Positions 16,286 to 25,573 of a DNA stretch of 32,000 bases are shown piece after piece (position 1 is the first letter of the stretch; the number at the start of each line of letters is the position of its first letter). Location: positions 2,190,001 through 2,222,000 of the forward strand of contig NZ_CP013213.1 in assembly GCF_001545095.1 (NCBI RefSeq). The letters run 5' to 3'. Made by a program: the position numbers and the translations under genes. Under the pieces are notes generated by a model, which was given only the letters and a program-made list of their open reading frames with translations, was not told the origin of the DNA and made no database searches. The DNA comes from Erysipelothrix larvae (GTDB taxonomy: Bacteria > Bacillota_I > Bacilli_A > Erysipelotrichales > Erysipelotrichaceae).

Positions 16286-16556
16286 AATCTTCCATAAGAT
16301 GCTTTTGTACTTCTTTTGATAAATCCATCATTGTTTGCAAGAAAACCTTTGCAACCTCTTTCAAGGATTCATCCTTAACTCGCGCAACATTTTTCTCAAT
16401 TACAATTGCTTCACGCTCTGCATTAAGAATTGGTAATCCGCGTTCTTTCTTGTATTCACCAACCCCACGTGCTACGTTCATTCGTTCTTCAAACAACGCA
16501 ATTAACTGTTCATCTAATGCATCAATTTGATCCCGATATTTTTCTAATTCAGTCAT
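16284..16556 (-). CDS. chorismate mutase (AroQ-type, monofunctional)
   Basis: I prefer the start at MTELEKYRDQIDALDEQLIALFEERMNVARGVGEYKKERGLPILNAEREA (ATG 16556..16554), which follows an AGGAGGG SD. This gives the typical CM_2 N-terminal helix pattern. Confidence 0.85.
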   Translation of the reverse strand: MTELEKYRDQIDALDEQLIALFEERMNVARGVGEYKKERGLPILNAEREAIVIEKNVARVKDESLKEVAKVFLQTMMDLSKEVQKHLMED

Positions 16557-16608
16557 AACTACCCTCCTAATCTTTCTTATTATATCAAACTTTTGAATTC
16601 TCACCACT

Positions 16609-16631
16609 TAAAAAGGGCAATTTCGCCCTTT
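16609..16631 (-). terminator. rho-independent terminator after the flotillin gene
   Basis: Minus RNA AAAGGGC-GAAAUU-GCCCUUU followed by UUAAG. Confidence 0.7.
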
Positions 16632-16632
16632 C

Positions 16633-18021
16633 TCATGATTCTTTCTTCGATGCATCAATTGCAGCTTTGGTGCCGACAAATTCGGTGATAATCTCAGGAA
16701 TATCAATGCCTGTACTGTGTTTTAATCCTTCAATCACACCCAAAGATGCGTTCACTGTATCGTGGACAAGTTTTTCAGCATTGCCTTCGCCAAACATCAC
16801 GATCTTCTCGGTTTTAGACAATGGCTCTGCAGCTGCACCTACAACTGCTGGGAGTTGTTCTAAGAGCTTCATCGATAGACTCGCTTGATTGTATTGGTTT
16901 TGAGCTTGTGCTTTCAGTCGGATAACTTCCGCTTCCGCAATCCCAACTTCACGAATCGCTTCTGCACGTTTCATTTCCGCAATTGCTTCGCGTTCTACTT
17001 CAAACGCACGCGCTTCGGCTTCAGCTTTTCTTCGATAGAGTTCTGCTTCGGCTTCTTGTTGTGCTTTATACCGTTCAGCATCCGCTTGCTTTTCAATTTC
17101 TGCACGCAAGGCACGTTCTTTCACTTCAATTTCCATTTGTTTTTGCTCTGATTGACGCTCTGTACGTGCAATCTCAGCATTAATGGTTTCAATCTCAATT
17201 TGTTTACGTGCTGTTTGCTCAGAAATTGCATATGCAGCATCTGAGAGCGCTTGTTCACGGTCAGCTTCAGCTTTCAAGTTTGCACGTTTTATCGCAAGGG
17301 CATTTTGTGTTACTGAGATATCCGTTTGCGAACGAACTTCTGCAGAGTTTGCTTCAGCATTCGCATTCGATTGCGCAATTTTAATATCACGTTCACTGTT
17401 TGCGCGTGCAATTGCAGCCTCTTTTTGGATCTTTGTGACATTATCAATCCCTAAGTTTTCAATGACATTGTTGTCATCAACAAAGTTTTGAATAGTCAGG
17501 TTAATCACACTCAACCCCATATTTGAAAGCTCATACGCAGTACTTTCTTGAACATTTTGCGCAAATACATCCCGATTATGAACGAGTTGCGTGAGTTCCA
17601 TTTGTCCAATGATTTCTCGCATATTCCCCTCAAGAACTTGTTGGGCGATGGTTGCGATATACGTCTTGTCTTTATTCAAGAAGTTTTGAGCAGCACGCTC
17701 AAGTGCATCGGGTTCAGAACTTACTTTCACGTTTGCGACACCATCCACACGAACATTAATAAATTCTCGGGTTGGAACGGATGATTCCGTGCGAATATCA
17801 ACTTGGACTAAACTTAATTCAAGCTCATCTTTTCGTTCTAGATATGGAATTTTTATGCTCGCTTTTCCAATTACAAACTTTGGATTCTTTCGCATCCCCG
17901 ATATAATAAACGCCTTATCAGGCGGTGCTTTCACATAGCCTGTAAATACAATAATCAAAACAACCAACGTTATCACGAATATGAATGCATAAAGTCCATA
18001 TCCACTTAAAAAACTGATCAT
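16633..18021 (-). CDS. flotillin-like SPFH/Band-7 protein
   Basis: 462-aa ORF with an N-terminal membrane anchor, an SPFH domain, and a long Ala/Glu-rich coiled-coil (AEAEARAFEVEREAIAEMKRAEA). Confidence 0.85.
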   Translation of the reverse strand: MISFLSGYGLYAFIFVITLVVLIIVFTGYVKAPPDKAFIISGMRKNPKFVIGKASIKIPYLERKDELELSLVQVDIRTESSVPTREFINVRVDGVANVKVSSEPDALERAAQNFLNKDKTYIATIAQQVLEGNMREIIGQMELTQLVHNRDVFAQNVQESTAYELSNMGLSVINLTIQNFVDDNNVIENLGIDNVTKIQKEAAIARANSERDIKIAQSNANAEANSAEVRSQTDISVTQNALAIKRANLKAEADREQALSDAAYAISEQTARKQIEIETINAEIARTERQSEQKQMEIEVKERALRAEIEKQADAERYKAQQEAEAELYRRKAEAEARAFEVEREAIAEMKRAEAIREVGIAEAEVIRLKAQAQNQYNQASLSMKLLEQLPAVVGAAAEPLSKTEKIVMFGEGNAEKLVHDTVNASLGVIEGLKHSTGIDIPEIITEFVGTKAAIDASKKES

Positions 18022-18174
18022 TTGGTTTCCTCCCTCATATGACTGATTTCATTATATCAAACAATAGATTATAACAGTATATTTATATAAATTATTGATA
18101 GAAAATTTCCCCCTATTAAATGTACATGTCGTGTTTATGGTCCTAAATGGGGATCTTCTATTATTTTCTCCCAC

Positions 18175-18220
18175 AAAAAAAACTGTACACTAATCAAGTA
18201 GCTAACCGATTAATGTACAG
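18175..18220 (-). terminator. rho-independent terminator after purB
   Basis: Long hairpin CTGTACA/TGTACAG plus TAATC/GATTA. On the minus strand it is followed by U8. Confidence 0.8.
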
Positions 18221-18235
18221 CGATGGTTTGAGTCT

Positions 18236-19531
18236 TTAAATCCCGACGCGTTGATAAATGACATCGACATTTCTTAAGAAAAAGTTTAAATCAAAGCAAG
18301 CGTCAATGCCGGTCTCTCCCAATAGCTCCACAACACGGTCATTTTCATGAAGGAGTGTGTTGAAGCTTATCTTCTCACTGTATGATTTTTGTGAGAGTGG
18401 TTGAACAAGATCATAGGCCTCTTCACGTGATATACCTGCAACGTCAATTAGACGTGTCATGACGCGTTGGGCAAAGATAACACCATGGGTTAAGTTGATG
18501 TTTTCCATCATTTTATCTGGATAGACGACGATATTTTCCAACGTCTTTGCATAACGATTCAACATATAGTCTAATAGAATGATTGCATCTGGGAAGATGA
18601 TTCGTTCTGCAGATGAGTGTGAGATATCGCGTTCATGCCATAAGGGGATATTTTCAAATGCAGGCGTCATATAACCACGGATAACCCGTGCACACCCTGC
18701 CATGTTTTCTGAGGTGATTGGGTTTCGTTTATGTGGCATCGCACTGGATCCTTTTTGACCCTTATTAAACATTTCTTCAGCTTCTGATACTTCAGTGCGT
18801 TGCAAATGACGAATTTCTACACCAATCTTTTCAATGGATGATGCTATGAGTGCTAGAGTTGCCATATAAAATGCATGGCGGTCACGTTGTAAGGTTTGTG
18901 TTGAAATATGGGTTGATTGAAGGCCAAGTTTCTCGCATACATAATCTTGGACAAAAGGATCTGTATTTGCGAAATTCCCAACAGCACCACTAATCTTACC
19001 TGCTTCTATATCTTTTGAAGCCATCTCAAAACGTTTAAGATGCCGGTTGAATTCGTCCGTCCATAACGCCCACTTTAATCCAAAACTGGTAATGTCTGCA
19101 TGAATCCCATGAGTACGTCCAATGCATGGAACATCTTTATACTTGAGTGCATTGGCTTTGAGAACATCTCTGAATGCTTCAAGGTCTTTTCGTAAAACAT
19201 CGTTGGCTTGTTTATACATGTACCCATAGGCTGTATCCACAACATCGGTACTGGTCAGTCCATAGTGAACCCATTTCTTTTCATCACCACAATGTTCTGA
19301 TACGGCACGGGTAAATGCCACAACATCATGGCGTGTTTGGAGTTCTATTTCATAAATACGGTCAATCTTAAAGGTTGCATTCTTGTGTAACGCTTCAACA
19401 TCTTCCTTGGGAATCACTCCCATTTCACTGAATGCTTCTGCTGCAAGTAGTTCTACTTTTAGCCAAGCATTGAATCGGTTCTCATCTGAGAATAACTGTG
19501 CCATTTCTTCACGTGAATATCGATTTATCAT
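18236..19531 (-). CDS. purB: adenylosuccinate lyase
   Basis: 431-aa ORF with the fumarate-lyase signature GSSAMPHKRNP and full-length PurB resemblance. Confidence 0.95.
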   Translation of the reverse strand: MINRYSREEMAQLFSDENRFNAWLKVELLAAEAFSEMGVIPKEDVEALHKNATFKIDRIYEIELQTRHDVVAFTRAVSEHCGDEKKWVHYGLTSTDVVDTAYGYMYKQANDVLRKDLEAFRDVLKANALKYKDVPCIGRTHGIHADITSFGLKWALWTDEFNRHLKRFEMASKDIEAGKISGAVGNFANTDPFVQDYVCEKLGLQSTHISTQTLQRDRHAFYMATLALIASSIEKIGVEIRHLQRTEVSEAEEMFNKGQKGSSAMPHKRNPITSENMAGCARVIRGYMTPAFENIPLWHERDISHSSAERIIFPDAIILLDYMLNRYAKTLENIVVYPDKMMENINLTHGVIFAQRVMTRLIDVAGISREEAYDLVQPLSQKSYSEKISFNTLLHENDRVVELLGETGIDACFDLNFFLRNVDVIYQRVGI

Positions 19532-19632
19532 AAGCCCTCCATCTTTTATTTATTAATTCCATGGGTATTATAGCATTTTTAAACCCACAAATACCAAGTC
19601 GACATCTTTAAAATTGTATAAACATTGTGTGT

Positions 19633-20799
19633 TTACTGCACATTAAAGTTTCGATTATGACGCTTGATTTCTGACTCAATTAATTTCATCATCTTCTTCG
19701 TCTCATATTTTTTATCTTCAAACCAAAGATTCTCAATGATAAACGCTTTGGCTTTGTTTTGATTGGGTTCAACCCTTCCAATAAAGGTATCACCATACAA
19801 TATTGGGAGCACATAATATCCATATTTTCGTTTATCTTTGGGTACATAGACTTCCCATGAATACTCAAAATCAAACAATAATTTAATCAAAGGGCGATCC
19901 CAAATAAAGTTATCAAGGGGCGCTATGAAGCGCAATTGTGGTTTCTCAAGGGGTGTATCAATGATTTCTAGCATGCGATGATAATCTTGGGTGTGAATAT
20001 AAAAGGGGCGGTGAATGTCCTCAATCATGATTTCTGTAAGGCGTCCATCTGCTACGGCTTGATTCACAACCTGTTGGACTTTTTTCATATCGCGCATATA
20101 AAACCCTTGCCATCCTGCTCCTTTTTTCAGCCAATAAAGGCCCTGTTGTTTGATGCGCCTTAAAACATACCATTCAAAGAATTCGTCGAAACTAAGGGTT
20201 GGCTCATTCAATATTTCCATCGGAACGACATCTTCAATACGTGCAAAAAGTCGCACTGTTTTCTTGCGACTTGATATGCCAATTTTATCACGACACCATA
20301 AATGATGCAGGATGCAGTTTGCATAACTGGTGGACCACCACGAATGCTTTGCGCCACTGCCTGCGTTGAAATCTTTGGATGTGAATTCTGAGCCTGGGAT
20401 AAATTGATTGTATATGTCTTCCATCGCATCTAAGGCATCGTGGTAGCCACGATTTTCCAGCACCTTTAGATCCATGGTTGCTAATGCATCCTTGACATAG
20501 GTGTATTTCTTCCATTCCTTCATAAGGTGAATCGATGATTCCTTATCAAAGCCATCCACGAGTTTCTTATCATTATAGAGTAAATCATACAACATCCCTC
20601 TTACATCCCCATTAAAGCGCGCATGTAAGACCAGTTCTGCATTCTTGCCTACGACATTGAGGGGGTCATTTTGGATTGAAGTGATGTGTTCAAAGAAGTT
20701 TAGGATGCCTTCTTTGTTTGTTCCAAATGCATCTAATGTATCCAGTCCATGATAGGATACCAGGAAACGGCGAATTTGTGCTTTTGTATAGTGTTCCAT
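19633..20799 (-). CDS. YcaQ/AlkZ-family winged-helix protein (putative crosslink/alkylpurine DNA glycosylase)
   Basis: 388-aa ORF. The C-terminal pattern FEYSWEVYVPKDKRKYGYYVLPILYGDTFIGRVEP is typical of the family. Confidence 0.7.
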   Translation of the reverse strand: MEHYTKAQIRRFLVSYHGLDTLDAFGTNKEGILNFFEHITSIQNDPLNVVGKNAELVLHARFNGDVRGMLYDLLYNDKKLVDGFDKESSIHLMKEWKKYTYVKDALATMDLKVLENRGYHDALDAMEDIYNQFIPGSEFTSKDFNAGSGAKHSWWSTSYANCILHHLWCRDKIGISSRKKTVRLFARIEDVVPMEILNEPTLSFDEFFEWYVLRRIKQQGLYWLKKGAGWQGFYMRDMKKVQQVVNQAVADGRLTEIMIEDIHRPFYIHTQDYHRMLEIIDTPLEKPQLRFIAPLDNFIWDRPLIKLLFDFEYSWEVYVPKDKRKYGYYVLPILYGDTFIGRVEPNQNKAKAFIIENLWFEDKKYETKKMMKLIESEIKRHNRNFNVQ

Positions 20800-20843
20800 G
20801 ATCTATGTTCCTTTTGAAACTAGTGTATCACATCAACACGCGC

Positions 20844-21482
20844 TTAGCTTCTCTTTTTTGACCAATCTTCAGGATTTTCTTTCCACTGAGTCAATGCTTC
20901 GATGTCATCGTGAGTTACATAGCCTTCTTGGGCTGCAGTCGTTACTAAATCTGTATAGTTTGAGATCGTGTAAAACGGGATGTTTGCATCACTAAAGTTC
21001 TTAATCCCTTTCTCAAGTTCATAGGTAAAGTTTGCGACAACACCCAATACATTACCCCCTGCAAGATTAATACTCTTACATACTTCGATACAACTACCGC
21101 CTGTAGAAATCAAATCTTCCACAACCACAACCTTTTCCCCGTCATTGAGTTTTCCTTCGATTTTATTTTCCTTACCGTGTGTTTTGGCACTGGAACGAAC
21201 ATAAATCATTGGAAGTCCCATTTCGTGAGCAACAAGGGCTGCTTGAGGAATCCCTGCAGTTGCGGTTCCCGCGATAACATCCACGGATTCGAAATTTTGT
21301 TTGATTAATTCAACGAGGTATTTTGTAATGAGTGTGCGTACGTTAGGAAATGCGAGTGTCACGCGATTATCACAGTAAATCGGTGCCTTGAGTCCACTTG
21401 CCCATGTGTAAGGATCATTTGGACTTAGGGATACTGCTTTAATGCTGAGTAATTGTTGTGCTAATTGTTGTGATGGATTCAT
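20844..21482 (-). CDS. pyrE: orotate phosphoribosyltransferase
   Basis: 212-aa ORF with the PRPP-binding motif VVVVEDLISTGGS. ATGA overlap with pyrF. Confidence 0.95.
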   Translation of the reverse strand: MNPSQQLAQQLLSIKAVSLSPNDPYTWASGLKAPIYCDNRVTLAFPNVRTLITKYLVELIKQNFESVDVIAGTATAGIPQAALVAHEMGLPMIYVRSSAKTHGKENKIEGKLNDGEKVVVVEDLISTGGSCIEVCKSINLAGGNVLGVVANFTYELEKGIKNFSDANIPFYTISNYTDLVTTAAQEGYVTHDDIEALTQWKENPEDWSKKRS

Positions 21483-22177
21483 TTTTTAAACTCCTTTACA
21501 ATGCTACGGTATGCTTCAACTGGGTTTTGTGCTTCGGTGATGGGACGCCCTACAACAATAAAGTTAGACCCTAATTGTTTGGCATCAGCGGGTGTTGTTA
21601 CGCGCTTTTGGTCATCTTGTTTGCTGTCACTCAGACGAACACCAGGTGTAATTGTTAAGAATGAATCGCCACATGCTTCATGAATCATCACTGATTCTAA
21701 GGGCGAACATACAACCCCATCAAGTCCTGCTTCTTTTGTTAATTGTGCGTAATGAACCACACTTTCTTGAAGGGATCCTGGGATTTGTTGGTCATGATTC
21801 ATTTCTTCTTGAGATGTCGAAGTAAGTTGTGTTACTGCGATTAACAATGGTCGATCATCCCCCACTTTACCTGCTTCTAATCCTCGAAGTGCTGCTTCCA
21901 TCATCCGTTTTCCACCCGATGCATGACAGTTCACAAGGTCTACATCAAGTTTCGCAAGCCCTCGCATTGTTTTCTCCACAGTATTTGGGATATCGTGACA
22001 TTTTAAGTCTAAAAAGATACGATGTCCTCTTTGTTTGATTGTTTTGATGATTGAAGAACCTGTTTGATAATATAGCTCCATCCCAACCTTTACAAAAAGC
22101 GGTTCACTAAATTGATCTAAAAATGAGATTACCCGTGCTTCGTTTTCAAAATCCAATGCGATAATTACGTTTTCCAT
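21479..22177 (-). CDS. pyrF: orotidine-5'-phosphate decarboxylase
   Basis: 232-aa ORF with the motifs IIALDF, FLDLKCHDIPNT and IVVGRPI. Confidence 0.95.
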   Translation of the reverse strand: MENVIIALDFENEARVISFLDQFSEPLFVKVGMELYYQTGSSIIKTIKQRGHRIFLDLKCHDIPNTVEKTMRGLAKLDVDLVNCHASGGKRMMEAALRGLEAGKVGDDRPLLIAVTQLTSTSQEEMNHDQQIPGSLQESVVHYAQLTKEAGLDGVVCSPLESVMIHEACGDSFLTITPGVRLSDSKQDDQKRVTTPADAKQLGSNFIVVGRPITEAQNPVEAYRSIVKEFKK

Positions 22178-22199
22178 ACATCTCCTCTTTTCCGTCCAA

Positions 22200-22302
22200 A
22201 TAAAAATCCTCAGCCAAAGAGACTGAGGATGTTGATCATCGTACTACGAAAAGATGGATCAGACGAACCCTTCCAAGCCTCTCTGGACTTTAGTTAAAGG
22301 AC
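22200..22302 (-). promoter_or_regulatory. PyrR-type transcription attenuator (binding loop plus terminator)
   Basis: Minus RNA carries the PyrR box AGUCCAGAGAGGCU (22289..22276) inside a CCUU...AAGG stem. Downstream is AUCCUCAG-UCUCUUUGG-CUGAGGAU followed by UUUUAUUU (22230..22200), just before the pyrF SD. Confidence 0.8.
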
Positions 22303-22313
22303 ATTCTTTATAA

Positions 22314-22342
22314 AGTTTACCGTCATTAGACTCCAATGTCAA
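22314..22342 (-). promoter_or_regulatory. sigma-A-type promoter of pyrFE
   Basis: Minus strand has TTGACA (22342..22337), a 17-nt spacer and TAAACT (22319..22314). Confidence 0.5.
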
Positions 22343-22446
22343 TCGAGTTTAGAGCATTCTTTCATGTAATCTTATGTATTTGTGATGTATATCATGCTGG
22401 TATCGTTGACTTTGAATAATTCTTTCAATCATTCACGAATAGATAC

Positions 22447-23883
22447 TTATTTTTTATGAATGAGTATTGGATGGCGTGCTGCAAGAACATCGTCTACCCG
22501 TCTTACAGGTGTCGTGTATGGTGCATTTTGGATCCATTGTGGATCTGAAACTGCTTTTTGATAGATTTCCTTAAGCACTCGCACACCATGGTCAATGGTT
22601 TCTTTACTTTCCGTATCGTTTGGTTCAATCATGAGTGCTTCATGAACGATATTTGGGAAGTACATGGTTGGTGGATGAATCTTGTAATCAAGCAGTGCTT
22701 TGGATACATCTTTCGCTGTGAAGTTATGTTCATCTTTTTCACGTTGCAATGACACAACAAACTCATGCATGCAAATACCTGGATAAGCGACTTCAAATAC
22801 GTCTTCAAGTTTCTTCATCATGTAGTTTGCGTTTAATACTGCACTGAGTGATGTTTCTTTGAGTCCGTCACTTCCAAGTGAAAGAATATAGGTTAAAGCG
22901 CGCATATTGGTTAAGAAGTTTCCATAGAATGCTTTCATGCGTCCAACACGAGTTGGGTTTTGTGATTGAATGGTCCACTGCCCATCTTGTTTCACAAGGG
23001 TACCATCTGGAAGGTAAGGAATGAGGTGTTCTTTAACACCTACTGGTCCTGAACCAGGCCCGCCACCGCCATGTGGTGTTGAGAAGGTTTTGTGTAAGTT
23101 CAAGTGAACCACATCAAAGCCCATATCACCGGGTCGTGATAAGCCCATGATGGCATTTAGGTTGGCTCCATCATAATACAACAAGCCGCCCGCATCATGC
23201 ACGATGTTTGAAATCTCAGTAATGTTTGGATCAAACAGTCCCAATGTGTTTGGATTGGTCAGCATCAATGCTGCGGTTTCATCATCAACTAACGCTTTTA
23301 GTGCATCAAGATCCACCCCCCCTAAAGCGTTGGATTGAACGGATACTACTTCAAACCCTGCCATTACAGCACTTGCAGGATTGGTCCCATGTGCTGAGTC
23401 TGGAATGATTACTTTGGTTCGTTTTAGATCATGACGTTGGGTATGATATTGATGAATCAACAGCATGCCTAAGAATTCCCCTTGAGCACCTGCAGCGGGT
23501 TGAAGGGTAAATGCATCCATGCCTGTAATTTCACTTAAAGAATCTTGAAGCAGTCCCATTGCATTGAGCGCACCTTGAACGGTGGATTCCGGTTGAAGGG
23601 GATGAAGTTGTGTAAATCCTGAAAGTGATGCAACCTCTTCGTTTAATTTTGGATTGTATTTCATGGTACAAGATCCCAATGGGTAAAACACATTATCAAC
23701 CCCGTTTGTTTTTAATGAGAGCCCAATGGTATGACGTACAAGGTCAATTTCTGCGATTTCTGGTAAATCAATGGGTGCAATTTTCTTGAACTTATCAGGA
23801 AGTGATGCATTGTGTCTTGATTTTGGCAATGATGCAGTTCTTCTTCCAGGTTGCGTGAGTTCAAAGATTAGTTTATCGCTCAT
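22447..23883 (-). CDS. gcvPB: glycine dehydrogenase (decarboxylating) subunit 2
   Basis: 478-aa ORF with the PLP-lysine region NLHKTFSTPHGGGGPG. 4-nt overlap with gcvPA. Confidence 0.95.
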   Translation of the reverse strand: MSDKLIFELTQPGRRTASLPKSRHNASLPDKFKKIAPIDLPEIAEIDLVRHTIGLSLKTNGVDNVFYPLGSCTMKYNPKLNEEVASLSGFTQLHPLQPESTVQGALNAMGLLQDSLSEITGMDAFTLQPAAGAQGEFLGMLLIHQYHTQRHDLKRTKVIIPDSAHGTNPASAVMAGFEVVSVQSNALGGVDLDALKALVDDETAALMLTNPNTLGLFDPNITEISNIVHDAGGLLYYDGANLNAIMGLSRPGDMGFDVVHLNLHKTFSTPHGGGGPGSGPVGVKEHLIPYLPDGTLVKQDGQWTIQSQNPTRVGRMKAFYGNFLTNMRALTYILSLGSDGLKETSLSAVLNANYMMKKLEDVFEVAYPGICMHEFVVSLQREKDEHNFTAKDVSKALLDYKIHPPTMYFPNIVHEALMIEPNDTESKETIDHGVRVLKEIYQKAVSDPQWIQNAPYTTPVRRVDDVLAARHPILIHKK

Positions 23884-25193
23884 GATACCACCTCCGCTAA
23901 AATATCAAGGACTTGATCTAAGGTGTCATCACTGATAACTTCAGTCACACACCACATCATTTCATCTTCAGCAAGCACAAGTCCCGCTAAGATGTTTTTT
24001 TCTAAGCACTTTGTTTCAATCAGTGATGCTTTGATTGGTGTTTTTGTGACAAATTCATGGAAGAATTCTTGGTCATATTTTAAAGTGAATCCCAAGGCTT
24101 CAAGTTTACTTTGGAAGTAATGAGCCTTTGAATAGGAGAGACTTGCAACCTCTTCAAGACCTTGAGGTCCAAGTGCACTCATATAGATTGCGGCTGTAAG
24201 TGCGCAATGTGCTTGGTTTGAACAGATACTACTTGTGGATTTTTCACGGCGTATGTGTTGTTCACGGGCTTGAAGGGTCAATGCAAAAGCACGTTTTCCA
24301 TCAATATCTTCAGTTTGTCCAACAATCCGTCCTGGGAGTTTTCGAACCATTTTATCTGTGGTTGTCATAAAACCAAGGTATGGGCCACCAAAGGCGGTGC
24401 TTAAGCCAAAGGGTTGGGCTTCACCAACAGCAATGGTTGCATGATAATCACGCGGTCTTTTAAGCAGTCCCAGTGTCATTGGATTCACAGAGACGATAAA
24501 TTGAATGCCTTTTTCCTTGAGGAAGGCACCAATCGTGTCCGTGTCTTCAAGGCATCCAAAGTAATTCGGTTGTTGGATTACAACACAAGCGGTTGTATCA
24601 TCCACATTTGCTTTCAACCACTCTAGATCAATACACCCGTTAACACTTGGAATCGTGATCACTTCTGTAGAAAGGTGTGTGGTATAGGTCGTAAGTGTTT
24701 CAAAGGTTTCTGGGTGAATTGTTTGTGCAACCAGTGCTTTGACGCGTTTACGATCCAAGGTCATATTCACAGCTTCTGCTACGGCAGTCGCACCATCATA
24801 AACAGATGCATTGGAAGCATCCATACCCATGAGGTTTGAAATCATGGTTTGAAATTCAAAAATGGATTGTAAGACCCCTTGAGAGAACTCAGATTGATAG
24901 GGTGTATAGGTTGTGACAAACTCTTCACGTGATGCGAGGTGTTTCACAACACTGGGTATAAAGTGCCGGTATGATCCTGCCCCTCTTAATACAGTTTTAA
25001 ACACTGTATTTTGATCTTGAAAGCCCACCATTTTATCAAGGACTTCCATTTCACTTTGTCCCAGTGGTAAGTTTAATTCTCGATTCAATCGAACACTTTC
25101 AGGAATGGTGCTGAGTAAATCAGACCATGTCAGTCCAACTTCCTTTAGCATTTCCTCCTGTTGTGCTTTTGTATTCACAACATAATGTGCCAT
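23880..25193 (-). CDS. gcvPA: glycine dehydrogenase (decarboxylating) subunit 1
   Basis: 437-aa ORF with typical GcvPA sequence (TYTPYQSEFSQGVLQSIFEFQT). Confidence 0.95.
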   Translation of the reverse strand: MAHYVVNTKAQQEEMLKEVGLTWSDLLSTIPESVRLNRELNLPLGQSEMEVLDKMVGFQDQNTVFKTVLRGAGSYRHFIPSVVKHLASREEFVTTYTPYQSEFSQGVLQSIFEFQTMISNLMGMDASNASVYDGATAVAEAVNMTLDRKRVKALVAQTIHPETFETLTTYTTHLSTEVITIPSVNGCIDLEWLKANVDDTTACVVIQQPNYFGCLEDTDTIGAFLKEKGIQFIVSVNPMTLGLLKRPRDYHATIAVGEAQPFGLSTAFGGPYLGFMTTTDKMVRKLPGRIVGQTEDIDGKRAFALTLQAREQHIRREKSTSSICSNQAHCALTAAIYMSALGPQGLEEVASLSYSKAHYFQSKLEALGFTLKYDQEFFHEFVTKTPIKASLIETKCLEKNILAGLVLAEDEMMWCVTEVISDDTLDQVLDILAEVVS

Positions 25194-25213
25194 GCGGTAT
25201 CCTCCCTACTCTT

Positions 25214-25573
25214 TTAAAGTGCTTTATATGCTTCTTCAGTCAATAATTCGTCGGTGTCGCTGATTCCTTCAACTCTCACAATCCATGCTTCCATTGGTTT
25301 TTCATTGATGAGTTCTGGTGTATCTGCAAGTGCTTCATTCACTTCAACGATTGTTCCGCTCACTGGCGCAAAGATTTCAGATACTGCTTTTACGGATTCG
25401 ATATCACAAATCCCTTTCCCTCGTGTGATGACGTGTCCCACTTCTGGAAGTTCAATATAGACGATATCGCCTAATTCACCTTGTGCAAAATCTGTGATTC
25501 CGATTTTTGCACTGTCATCTTCGAGGAGTTCCACCCACTCGTGTGTCTTTGTATATTTTACTGTTTGTCCCAT
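25214..25573 (-). CDS. gcvH: glycine cleavage system H protein
   Basis: 119-aa ORF with the lipoyl-lysine motif ESVKAVSEIFAP. Confidence 0.95.
   Translation of the reverse strand: MGQTVKYTKTHEWVELLEDDSAKIGITDFAQGELGDIVYIELPEVGHVITRGKGICDIESVKAVSEIFAPVSGTIVEVNEALADTPELINEKPMEAWIVRVEGISDTDELLTEEAYKAL

Noticed and set aside
16667-17784. Chain of plus-strand ORFs (73-102 aa) antisense to the flotillin gene.
   Set aside because: They lie opposite the Ala/Glu-rich coiled-coil coding region. That composition keeps the antisense frames open. They have no SDs, give low-complexity Phe/Cys/Ser-rich products, and the flotillin frame explains the whole region.
19601-19632. The shared 10-mer ATTGTATAAA in the purB upstream region and the nrd promoter (9838-9847, opposite strand), plus ATTGTAT in the 29269 palindrome. 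This could be a common regulatory motif.
   Set aside because: The strings are short, AT-rich and contain -10-like TATAA/TACAAT hexamers. Three loose matches in 32 kb of AT-rich DNA are not distinguishable from chance without a genome-wide motif count.
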